This document shows positions 12,343-22,689 of a stretch of DNA of 64,000 nucleotides, in pieces. Under the pieces are notes generated by a model that searched no databases, was not told the DNA's origin, and was given only the letters and a program-made list of their open reading frames with translations. Position 1 is the first letter of the stretch. The number at the start of each line of letters is the position of its first letter. The DNA is from Blepharisma stoltei ATCC 30299 (lineage: Eukaryota > Protista > Ciliophora), in NCBI GenBank assembly GCA_965603825.1, contig CBFDEM010000046.1, forward strand, positions 434,001 to 498,000, given 5' to 3'. The position numbers were made by a program, and so were the translations under genes.

Positions 12343-13022
12343 ATTTTAAGAAACGGATTGGATAAATAGAAGAGAAATATGATAATATCAAATATTGATA
12401 CCATTAGGGATAAATGTTTGAATTATTGAATAATTATCATTATAAATTCATATAACTTGAAAATTTATTTTAGGTATATGAATGAATAGCAAAATTGCAA
12501 TTTTTTGAATTTATTTGACTATGTGAGATGAAATAAGCTATTAATTTTAGAACTTTAAGTTGTTCTGATTTCGAAAAAGTAAAAAAAAATTTATGATGGA
12601 CAATTTATATATGCGTTTAATGTATGTTGTTTAAAAAAGGTTATATTCATAACTAAAAAAAACATAGGTAGGATGCGAATAACATATACATATTTCTTTA
12701 TTAAAATGAATTATTGGCATTCCATCATAAATTATTAATTGGAAGTATATTTTAATCATTTATTTTCAAAAATAGCTTATAAAAAAATTTTCAAAGTTTC
12801 TAGATAATTCCTAATCGTATGCATTAGCAATTCAAACTAAATTCTAAGCCTGCGTTAACTAATAGATATTCCAAATAAAAATACTTTCCACTTCATCCTC
12901 ATTTACTGAATCCATTTACCTTGCTATGAGTTATTAATTTACTTCGCCAGCTATTGAATTGTGTGGTTTCTCCATTTTAGTGATCGTTTTTCACACTTTT
13001 TTCAATTGTTATAATAATTTTA

Positions 13023-13559
13023 ATGCAAGATATTGCTCAATGAATTTCATATGCAAGCTCCTTAACCTCAAACAAAAGTAACTTCTTATCCAATATTGAG
13101 CCCCTGAAAGAAGCTTTGATTTCTGTCGAAGAAATTTTATCACAATCAAAAATCAATCTTAATGCTTTAATGATTTCTGAAAATATCAATGAGTTATATT
13201 TACAAAGCCAGATAGCTCATGTGCAATTACTAGCAAAAATCCTTTTCCGGAAACGAAGAGCAATGATTATATGATGTATAAAGAGATGTATCAAGGGTAT
13301 ACAAAAGTATGATATGCACTTCGTCAATAATGGATTACTATATAATAATGTGAAATTTAGATTTAAACAGAACAAAGAAGTCGAAGTGATTTGTGCGGAT
13401 ATTTTAAATACAATTGAATTTGAAAAAGAAATTCCAAAAACAATTGAAGAAAATGAAAACACTGAAAGACTCAAGAGATGCGCTGAAAAAGTATTAAGAC
13501 ATATAAGAAAAGAAAATGATGCTGATCGGAATCAAATTATGATAAAAGTTTCAGCATAA
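13023..13559 (+). CDS. Hypothetical protein (178 aa), two TGA=Trp
   Basis: ATG 13023 is in frame with ORF 13314; only TGA interrupts; ends TAA. Confidence 0.65.
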
Positions 13560-13866
13560 AACTAGTAAATAAGATGGTATAATGATAGGAGGATATATAT
13601 TCAACTATTATTGTACTTATTTTGAAATAAAATAGGATTAAATATGAAAAATAAATTTGTATCTTTTTGATATCCAAAAATAAATTTCATATTAAATTTT
13701 ACATAATAGAATACTTTATCCTGCTTAAATCAGCTATATAAAATTTATTTTTAGCTTAATAGTTTTAGTCCTATTGAATTTTTACTTCGGATAATTAACA
13801 ATATCACCCTTATTTAATAATAGCATATAGGTAACTGATTATTACAGTATTATAAAGCTTTCCAAT

Positions 13867-14184
13867 ATGGGAAATTGTGTTGACGACTACAAAACCAAGG
13901 TTGAAGTTATTCCTGAACAAGAGATAGCTCATAATGATTTTAAGCTAGAAATAAAATCATTAGAGCAATACAGTTATCAAGGAGAATCACAGACAGAACT
14001 ACTTAATTCAATTATTTCAAGCCAATTACTGATGAGTCAAGTAATTTTTATACAGAGGGTTGATCAGTTTCGGAACCAATATAGACAATACTGTCGAAAA
14101 AGAAAAACTTTAGAAGCTAAAAGATCTGAAGAAGACCTTTCTGGGTCAAGCACCTTACTTAAAGTAAAATCTCTTCAATTTTAA
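13867..14184 (+). CDS. Small protein with N-terminal MGNC acylation motif; probable in-frame intron
   Basis: MGNC start; consensus 15-nt intron at 14041-14055. Confidence 0.7.
   Translation: MGNCVDDYKTKVEVIPEQEIAHNDFKLEIKSLEQYSYQGESQTELLNSIISSQLLMSQVIFIQRVDQFRNQYRQYCRKRKTLEAKRSEEDLSGSSTLLKVKSLQF
14041..14055 (+). other. Probable 15-nt intron GTAATTTTTATACAG (in frame, no stop)
   Basis: Near-exact heterotrich intron consensus; not forced by a stop codon. Confidence 0.7.
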
Positions 14185-14266
14185 GTATTTGTGGTAACTT
14201 TTAATATAATAATAGCGATCAGAAGTTTTAAGAAATCGCTTAATTTCTTATAAAATTTTGAGGTCG

Positions 14267-14348
14267 AGAAATAGTTAATATAAGAAATAACTTTATGGTG
14301 AATCAGAAATAGTTTATATAAGAAATAACTTAACGGTGAGTCAGAAAT
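14267..14348. repeat. Imperfect 38-bp tandem duplication (about 2.15 copies)
   Basis: agaaatagttaatataagaaataactttatggtgaatc / agaaatagtttatataagaaataacttaacggtgagtc / agaaat. Confidence 0.85.
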
Positions 14349-14680
14349 GATACTAAACGAATATGATGAGTTAATAAAATACAATAAATTTAAATTTAAT
14401 TTATTAGCCAATTAATTTTTATTCGAATTAGTATTAAATTTATTATGCATTTAAATTTGATTTTAAAATATTTGCTTCAATTGTAATAATTTTATTGATT
14501 TCTCAACTCAAAGCACCTTATATTTATTTTCACCTTGAAAATCTTAATATATAATTAAATTATCTCATAATCTTATAATTTTAATCATTCTTATAATTTT
14601 TATTAATATCTATGCATCTCTTGATATTTTCTTTCAATTTGTCTCATTCTTTTAAGTTTTCACCACCAAACATATAAAAT

Positions 14681-15364
14681 ATGGACAGGTATCAATTAGC
14701 GACTAGTCTCTTAGGTTTATGGGACGAGAAAACCTGGATGCCAATCTTTAGAGGTCCAAGATATCGCCGCTATCAATCAATTGACAAGATGATGGATCTT
14801 ATAGAAATTGCTGGCAAATCAGCGCCAGTCTTCCCTGTTGAAGCAGTTCTTTTAAACCCAATGGATGATGAGTGGGATGATCAGATGACATATATCAATA
14901 TCAACTACGGCTGGATTTGGAGTCATATTTTTGTCCACCTCGGCCTTCCATTGAGCGTTTACATATACAACCACAACTTGATTCACTACAATGTTCATTA
15001 TCGTGCTCTCAAATGGTTCTTGCCTTTAGTTATGGTCTGGCAATTCGAAAAATGCTACAAATATTACAGAACTCAGCTCACAAAAGGAATTTTATTTGAT
15101 GAATATGTTCAGGCAAGAGCTGACGAGCTAATTGCCCAAAGAGAACATCTGCTCCATACAGACCAAGTTAAAAGATACCTAAATTGGCAAATTGACTACA
15201 AAGAAACACTCAATACCATTAAAAGAGAACAGACCAACAACCATGCTAGCGATTTCAAGCAGGCAGAACTTGCCTTACAAGCTTTTATCAATAGATGGGT
15301 CGACCCTGCTGTCGGAATCAAATACCCACTGGCTGGCCCACGCTATCAATGGGGTGGATTTTAA
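14681..15364 (+). CDS. Ciliate-specific mitochondrial ATP synthase subunit, ATPTT7-like
   Basis: End-to-end resemblance, from recall, to Tetrahymena ATPTT7 (LLGL..., LNPxDxEWDDxMTY, LFDEYxQARAxEL, VKRY, DFK); one central hydrophobic region. Confidence 0.75.
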   Translation: MDRYQLATSLLGLWDEKTWMPIFRGPRYRRYQSIDKMMDLIEIAGKSAPVFPVEAVLLNPMDDEWDDQMTYININYGWIWSHIFVHLGLPLSVYIYNHNLIHYNVHYRALKWFLPLVMVWQFEKCYKYYRTQLTKGILFDEYVQARADELIAQREHLLHTDQVKRYLNWQIDYKETLNTIKREQTNNHASDFKQAELALQAFINRWVDPAVGIKYPLAGPRYQWGGF

Positions 15365-15437
15365 AAATTTAAGCTTAAGAAATGCTTGGAAATTAGACAT
15401 TAAAAAACTGAATTTAATAGAAAACTTGGTTTTGCAG

Positions 15438-15883
15438 TTATCTTAAACTTAAGAAAAGACGACTGTACGATTCGTCATTTACAGGCCATGGGAGAATATC
15501 GATTCCTTCTGAATAATATTCGTCCATAGTGTCCTCTGGCAGGAATTTACTAAGCGCTTCCAGATTCTTTTTCAAATTATCCTGTATTTTTTCTATTGCT
15601 TTATGTCTTTCCTTATGTCTCCCACATCCGGTATATTTAACTTTTCTCACATCAGGGTTGGCTCTAACTAAGTATTCAACTTGTTCCATCGAGGCATGAA
15701 TATTTTCATACATTTCGTTGTCCGTGTTCTCTTCAGTTGAGGATGCATCAGAATTCAACTCTTCTATGCTTATTTCTCTATTATAATTTTACCTCTTATC
15801 CCTGGCGTAAATATTACTTCACTCTTTTTAAGTTTTTTTACCTTTTTAGCCTGCGGTAATACTTCGATATTTCTTTTCACCAT
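15438..15883 (-). CDS. Small PEHE-like (MSL1/KANSL1-type) motif protein, 142 aa, one 17-nt intron
   Basis: ATG 15883 joins ORF 15438-15758 if 15776-15792 is removed, giving IFTPGIREISIEEL...ENTDNEMYENIHASMEQVE. Confidence 0.6.
15776..15792 (-). other. Candidate 17-nt intron GTAAAATTATAATAGAG
   Basis: GT..AG with A at -6; restores the frame, whereas the 15-nt variant does not. Confidence 0.55.
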
Positions 15884-15936
15884 TATATGAAGACTACTAT
15901 CAAGCCTATGCGTTAAAATACGTATTTTCTATTAAA

Positions 15937-17445
15937 ATGGGAAATTCAAGCAGCGAAAATTCCCAAAATTCATCATTTGAAGACGACAGATTTACCCCAG
16001 AAACAGAGTTTACACCAGCATCTTTTATTCCAACGTCATCTGGAAATTGGCATACTGTAGGATTAGCTGTCACCAGAAGGTCAAATTATGTTCAACAAGT
16101 TGGTTATATGAAATGTGCAAAAATTAAAGATCCACCGACAATCAAAGAAATTTATTTCGATTGTCCGAATTGTAAAGTGAAACTATTTGATGGAGGGCTA
16201 TGCAAAAAAGTATATTGTGAATGCGGGAAAACTTATGAAAGAAATGATGAGGATGAAATTTTTGAATCAGAGGGAAATAGACAGAGGGATTTTAGAGATT
16301 TGTTTAGGGAAATTAATAACGTGCCATCAGTGACGTATATACCTGAACTGGTTAGTATTTCATTTGGATTATTCCGAGAAGGCGCACCTGCAGAATTTAT
16401 GATCGGTGGAAGAGCTAATTTTCCAACAATTTTTACGTATTATTTAGCGCCTTTTTTTACAGCACGGCTAAGATGCTTAGGAATTGGAGAATATTTTTCA
16501 TATGGAGAAACAAAATTTAAAGTCCTAGGCTCATTCCCTAGTTTTGGAATTATTACAGAATCGACTGTCATTTACTGCTCAGAAATTTTGACAGAAAACC
16601 CAATAAATCGTGTGCAGATTTTGCCAACAGTTTTTTCAACTCTTAGTCATGACATTTCAGGTGAAATTACTAGTATTCTTAAATATAAACATTTACACAC
16701 TGGAGAATATTTATTTATTAATTCAAACGAATATATAGTCACAGCTTCGCAGCCAACTGATGGAGTAATTGACCCAAGGACGCAGTTTTATTATGAAGGA
16801 GATCCTTTGGAGCCAATCCAAACAGTAAATATGATCCCTTATTTAGAAGACTTAACATTTTATTATCAAGCGTTATCTCGTTCACATTTAATTGAAGAAA
16901 TTTTATGTGATTTTATATTACCGTGGGCACAAGGCTTCAGACGTGTTATATCAAAAAACCAAATAATTACTATAGATGGCATAGGATTTCTTATCAATAA
17001 TTGTTGGCCTGAGCGAGGAATTATAGTAGATGAAACTCTTATAATATTTGATGGGTCTATGGCTCGTCGCTATTCTTCAGATCCACCCCAAATAATGTTT
17101 TCAGGAGGAAACATTTATGTGAGGAGAACTCAAATGTCAGAAGATCCTATGGTAGTTTTAGCAAGGCATCTATTAAGTATGCAGCAGGCAATGGGGCAAA
17201 TGGGAGCTCCTGAGTTAAATGGTGCAGCTGATGAAAATATACAGAGCTTGCCTACACACATTATGCAAACTCTCCCACAGGACCCTGAAGCTGCAAAATG
17301 CATGGTATGCTTGTGTGGATATGAAATAGGAGAAGAAGTAAGAACTCTGCCATGCTTTCATATGTTTCATGTTAGGTGTGTGGATGAATGATTAAGAAGA
17401 AGTGCCCTGTGTCCGCTCTGTAAGACTTCGATAGATACAAATTAA
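15937..17445 (+). CDS. RING-H2 E3 ligase with MG N-terminus, Zn ribbon and CDC48-N-like repeats (502 aa)
   Basis: CMVC..PCFHMFHVRCVDEW(TGA 17389)LRRSALCPLC; stop TAA 17443. Confidence 0.88.
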
Positions 17446-17456
17446 TAATTTTAAAT

Positions 17457-18293
17457 ATGTCTGCTCAAGAGATCGAAGAATTAAGAAGATCTCTTGAAAT
17501 TTTAGATGAAAATTCAATTGAAGGGGTTAAGCAAAAAGCAGAAGAGCTAATAGTTGTGCTTATAACGAGCTTTTTGGAGAGCTTAGAAATGAAAGAAGTT
17601 GCTGATTATTTTTTACACATTTTACGACAACTGATTTTGCATGTGAAAGACAATGTTTTACCTAAAATGAAGGAAGATCCTGATTTTTCAAATGGGCTAT
17701 ATAGATATTTACTTGAGTCAAAAAGCTTGTCAGGAGATGCTCTAGGTTGTTTAGGCGAGATTTTTAGTCTGGAATTAATTAATGATTGTCAAAGCATAGA
17801 GGAAATTACAAATAAGCTGCTTGATTCTTTGGAGACTTCAGAAGAATCTCAGTACAATAGCATAATTGATTTATTAGTGGTTATAGCTACTGAATCGCCT
17901 CTGAATTTTCTTAATCAATGCTCATCCCATAGGAACTCAAGATATTTTGGAGAAGAACTTCTTCAGTTACTTAATAGGAGTACTGAGAGTTTAATGGTGA
18001 AATATCTAAATTGCATTCAAGGGCTAATAGAGCATCAAGTGTCCTTTTTTTATTCCAATGATTTGAAAATTCTCTGCGATATTATTATACAAGGACTTGA
18101 AAATACTTCTGACTTATCTTTAAGAAAAAAATTGTTAGATACATATGATGCACTGGAAATTAATGAAGATTTCTTGTCATTGAATCATAGAGTTGAAGAA
18201 GCAAAAGAGATTGCTGACTTGGCCAGGCAGTCTTTAGGTGAAGCCGAAAAAGTCAAAAGACAAAGTATAATTGAAACCTTAATTAATGGTTAA
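17457..18293 (+). CDS. SPIN90/Ldb17 leucine-rich domain protein (WISH/DIP/SPIN90-like)
   Basis: FGEELLQLLNR and FFYSNDLKILCDII motifs. Confidence 0.75.
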   Translation: MSAQEIEELRRSLEILDENSIEGVKQKAEELIVVLITSFLESLEMKEVADYFLHILRQLILHVKDNVLPKMKEDPDFSNGLYRYLLESKSLSGDALGCLGEIFSLELINDCQSIEEITNKLLDSLETSEESQYNSIIDLLVVIATESPLNFLNQCSSHRNSRYFGEELLQLLNRSTESLMVKYLNCIQGLIEHQVSFFYSNDLKILCDIIIQGLENTSDLSLRKKLLDTYDALEINEDFLSLNHRVEEAKEIADLARQSLGEAEKVKRQSIIETLING

Positions 18294-18778
18294 AAACTCT
18301 CTTTATATCTTTCAAATTATGCATTATCTCCCTTCTAATAATAATTACTAATTGTTAGTCTAATATGCAAGAATTCAGTAACAATTTTAATATAAAAATG
18401 ATTATCATTATTGATTGTTTTCCATTTTTTTATTCAGAAATATAATGAGTAGTTATTAGAAATTTATAGAAATGTTTAGGCTTTTATTTTGGATGAATTT
18501 TAATTAAAACATTTAAAAAAAGTTATTTAGGATTCCATTAAAACCCTAATTCCAAATTGGATAAAAATTAAATTTAAAATTGTAAAATTTTTAAATATCT
18601 GCCATTTATCTTTTTTCAATGTCATTATATCATTCAACACTCAAACCAAGAATATATCTTGGATTCATTTGATTTATGCTTCTTATTGCAATAAATTTAG
18701 CACTATATGATAAATTACTCAAGCGAGCCTCTTTAAAAAGCAAATTAAATAATATATCAATTAATTTTATGTCTTACT

Positions 18779-19216
18779 CTATCTTAAATAATTCAGTGTC
18801 TTACTCCTTTGAAACTGCTGATCTTTTGGCCTTATTTCTTGGAAAATATTTAGAAACCCAATTTTCCTCTCAATTCCTGGAGAATCATCCAATTCTTTTT
18901 TAAGGTCAGATAAAGCATCATTCACTCCTTCAAAACCAGATTGTGCATATATGTAAGGTAGGTATTTAAGTGTTTTTACAACTTTATGATTGCCTAGATA
19001 TTCATTTGAAGATCCTATGCATGCATTGCAACTTTCTATCCTAGGCCGAGTCCTTCTTAAAGGTGGTAACTTTATTTGTTCGGAAAATCGCCTATAGTCA
19101 TCTTGGATAGATTTTTTAGGAGAAGGGATTTCAATTTTTGACCTGCGATCCATTGCTAAACTTGTGGGAACACATAAAGTGTATGACCGAGGTAATTTGA
19201 ACTTAAGTTCAAGCAT
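18779..19216 (-). CDS. Hypothetical protein (145 aa)
   Basis: ATG..TAG ORF. Confidence 0.6.
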   Translation of the reverse strand: MLELKFKLPRSYTLCVPTSLAMDRRSKIEIPSPKKSIQDDYRRFSEQIKLPPLRRTRPRIESCNACIGSSNEYLGNHKVVKTLKYLPYIYAQSGFEGVNDALSDLKKELDDSPGIERKIGFLNIFQEIRPKDQQFQRSKTLNYLR

Positions 19217-19377
19217 ATTTAATTGACACCATGCAATTCAAGGATTTATTACTAAAATAATAAAAAATTTTAAAGCAAGTCTTGGCATTATGCTTATGGT
19301 GCATTAAATTCATTATTTTTGAGAAATTAATATCAGTGACTGAGATTTATAAAAAAAATATCATAAATTTTAGCAAG

Positions 19378-19523
19378 TGCTTAGAGATATCCATGTGTGT
19401 GTGGAGGATCTTTCTACGCCTGGAAATAGTTTCCAAAGATGAACCCTGCAATTTTAAATATCTTCTGATGCGGAATTTTTTCCAGGTGTGGAATGATCCT
19501 CCACATGTGGATTGCTCTAAGCA
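19378..19523 (+). ncRNA. Candidate structured RNA: long imperfect hairpin (about 50 bp stem)
   Basis: TGCTTAGAG/CTCTAAGCA, ATCCA/TGGAT, TGTGGAGGATC/GATCCTCCACA, TTCTACGCCTGGAAA/TTTCCAGGTGTGGAA with G:U pairs; the inverted repeat is certain, transcription is inferred. Confidence 0.5.
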
Positions 19524-20011
19524 ATTACAGCAAAAGTTTTAAAATGAATAAAAAAAAGGTCATTTATTCAGCGAAATATTATTTGATCAGAATTTTTGAT
19601 AGATATAATTGCCCTAAAAATTTAGTCGAAATTTTTGACTTTAGCAATTGCTCTGAAAAATAGATAAAAATCATATGAAATTTTGCATTATTAATATATT
19701 TCAACTAAATCTCCGATAAACTGTCACCTTATAAAAGCTTTCCATTCAAAAACATGATCCCTTTATCAAATCATAAATTCTGCAAAATATTTAGAATAAA
19801 TAAAAACAATATGCTAATCAAATTGCAGTGCCTTTATCATAGTATTCATAATATTTGCATTTGGTTAAAATTTCTTCAAAATATCTCAATTGTTTTATGA
19901 TTTATTTTAATGTTCTATTATTTATTTTTTACTTAATAAATGCTTTTACTTATTCATAGTGCTTCTCCTTGCTAATTCGAATTGGAATTTATTATATTTT
20001 AATCCATTAAG

Positions 20012-21094
20012 ATGGGAAATTGCAACCTTCGAATGGACAACTATGATCCTACAGTTAGCTTAAATCGACAAAATTTTCAATTCCAATATCCAATAGGTAA
20101 AGGAGGCTTTGGTAAAGTCTGAAAAGTCATTCAAAAAAAGTCAAAATCCTCATATGCACTAAAAGAAATGCTCAAATCTCGAATTATTGCTAAAAGATCT
20201 GTGAATTCTGTTATGAACGAGAGACGACTATTGTCAATTCTCAGGCATCCATTTATAGTTAATATGCAGTATGCATTTCAAGATCGTGAAAATTTATATT
20301 TAGTGATGGATTTAATGCCAGGTGGTGATCTTCGTTACCATCTAAGCAAAGTTCGTAAATTTTCTGAAGAACAAACAAAATTTTTTGTTGCATGCTTAGT
20401 AATTGCATTCGAGTATCTTCATAAAAGCAACATAATTCACAGAGATATCAAGCCAGAAAATATCGTTTTGGATGAAGCTGGATATGCACATTTGACAGAT
20501 TTTGGGATCGCCAGAGTTTTTCAGCCTGAAAACTCTAACGAAACCTCAGGAACTCCTGGATATATGGCTCCAGAAGTATTATGCCGTCAAAATCATGGGT
20601 TTGCAGTTGATTATTTTGCTTTAGGTGTTCTTGCATATGAATTTATGACTGGAAAAAGACCCTATTTAGGGAGGGATAGAAAGGAAATAAGGGATGCAAT
20701 TTTGGCAAGGCAGGTTCAGCTAAAGCGGAGTGACATCCCAGAAGGGTGGTCACTTGAAGCTATTGATTTTATTAATAAACTAATACAAAGAAAACCTCAA
20801 AACAGACTAGGATCGCTGGGTATCGAAGAAGTTAAAGAGCATGCATGACTCAGAGATGTACAATGGGATAAATTGTTTGATAAAAATATAAAAATACCAT
20901 TCACACCTCCTGATGCTGATAATTTCGATAGCAGACAAGTTATGAATGGATGAAAAGATGATATTACTAATAATTCAAGAGAAAATTCTAATCAAAATCT
21001 ATTTAACGGTTATTTTTATGACATGAATTTGCATAGTGAAGGAATCAATCTTACAACTGATTCTTCAAAGATAGAGAAAAAAATAAAATTATAG
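20012..21094 (+). CDS. AGC-group Ser/Thr kinase (STK32/YANK-like) with MGNC N-terminus, 360 aa, three TGA=Trp
   Basis: IGKGGFGKVW(TGA 20120), HRDIKPEN, DFG, GTPGYMAPE, HAW(TGA), AGC tail LFNGYFY; stop TAG 21092. Confidence 0.93.
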
Positions 21095-21219
21095 ATAACT
21101 GCGGGTGCTTATATGGCAGGAGTACTAATAAATATTAAACAAATTAGAGAAGTTGAAATAAATAAAACTAATGAATTCGTGATAATAGGTTAATAATTGA
21201 GTTACTCTGTTAAAATTAA

Positions 21220-22296
21220 TTATTTAACTATATGCATAACTTCTTTAAGAATATCATCTATATAATTTCTGGGCTTTTCAGATTCTTCAATGAATTTTTG
21301 ATTTATATCTTCAAATTCTTTTGTATCTAAACTCAAATCATAATTAAATTTCCATCCTAATTTTTGCAGTAGATTAGCCTTTTCAAATATCTCTTTTTCT
21401 TCTGTAAATTTTTTATATTTTTCATCTGCTTCTATGATGGCTTTGTTTATTGTATCAAGGATCTCCTGGCTTTTTATAACTTTTTCATTGTGCTGTTCCA
21501 TCATAGTTTTTGCTAATTTTTTCATTGCATTATCAACTGCTTTTTGAATTTTTATTCTAGCTTCTTTATAACTTTTAGTATGTTTTTCTGTTAGTTCATC
21601 AATTATTTCTATTTCCCATTGAATTTGGCTAAAAATTGCTTCATAATTAGAAATACAAGTGGTTAATTTAAGTTCAGTTTCACTAATCGATTTCTCTTTT
21701 TCATCAACAATAATAGCAAGTTGTCAATCAGAAAGTGAATATAGTTCATGATTTACATGAGATTTTATACAGTCGAAACATAATAGAGTATGATCAGTTT
21801 TACAGTAAAGTCCCGCTTCTCTATTATGTAGCTCGCAAAATTCAACGTGCTTATAAGCTTTATTCACTTCATATATTGAAAAATTGGTAGGAATATTGAA
21901 TATTGACCTCCTCTCTTGTTTTTTGCATAGAGGGCATGCAATTAGCCCTAAGTTGTTAATGCTTTGCAAGCAATCATTACAAAGTGTGTGGCCACAACTT
22001 AAAATTTTAGGAATAAAGTCACGCTCATCATAAGCATTTAAGCAGACAGGGCAAGATATTTTTGATGTAAAAACTACATGGGCTTCCGTATTTGACACAT
22101 TACTAACCAAAACTGGTATTTTATTCTGTTCTGGTGCGATCTGATGTTTATCAAAACCAAAGTTTTGTGGAGAGTCTATTGAAATTTCATTATTTATGCT
22201 ACATTGAAAAGCTCTGTTAATTTGCTTTTCTTCAGTTTGCGAGGCAGCATCTACTTTGAAATTTCTAAAGTCGGAGCTTATTTGATCTGCTTGCAT
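21220..22296 (-). CDS. TRIM-like RING + B-box + coiled-coil protein (358 aa)
   Basis: CPVC..CGHTLCNDC..CPLC; CELH..YCKTD..LCFDC..H..H; ORFs joined through TGA 21724. Confidence 0.87.
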
Positions 22297-22623
22297 TTTT
22301 TTGATTTAAAATATTATATTCATGCCAATTTAAATAATTTAGCATATATCAATGCATTCAGATTTTTTTTATATTAAAAATAAAGCATAATTTTTTCTTC
22401 AATTTTTTTCATGTGCATTTCATTCAATCCATATATTTTAACATTTTGCAAGCTCTCATTATCCTTATGATGATTTTTGATTTTGATTTCACAAGCGGAA
22501 TCAGAATTTTTTGTTTAAAAATAAAATATTCAAAAGATTCTCGGATATAAATTATGGCTATTAGAAATCAAATACTGACGTCGACCTTTTTTTGATTTTT
22601 TATAACTAATTATTTAGTGTATT

Positions 22624-22689
22624 CGAAGATGGAGAAAAGCCTATTTATGCTGCTACGACGAGCAGCATAAATGGGACTCTCAGAATTCG
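22624..22689 (+). repeat. Intergenic stem-loop (perfect 12-bp core with extensions)
   Basis: ATTTATGCTGCT-ACGACG-AGCAGCATAAAT at 22643-22672, extended by CCT/GGG, GAGA/TCTC, CGAA/TTCG. Confidence 0.7.

Noticed and set aside
15802-15817. Alternative 16-nt intron GTAATATTTACGCCAG (- strand)
   Set aside because: Removal gives an immediate TAA and deletes the PEHE-like TP..R motif
18541-18550. Telomere-like AAACCCTAA
   Set aside because: Single partial match with no tandem CCCTAACA array; no telomere or IES can be called from this sequence alone
18770-18806. Short direct repeat TGTCTTACTC flanking the stop; possible intron or readthrough
   Set aside because: Only about 10 bp; the implied intron would be far longer than the 15-17-nt class
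19282-19542. 86-aa ORF over the hairpin
   Set aside because: TTG start, no motif; the region is better explained by the inverted repeat
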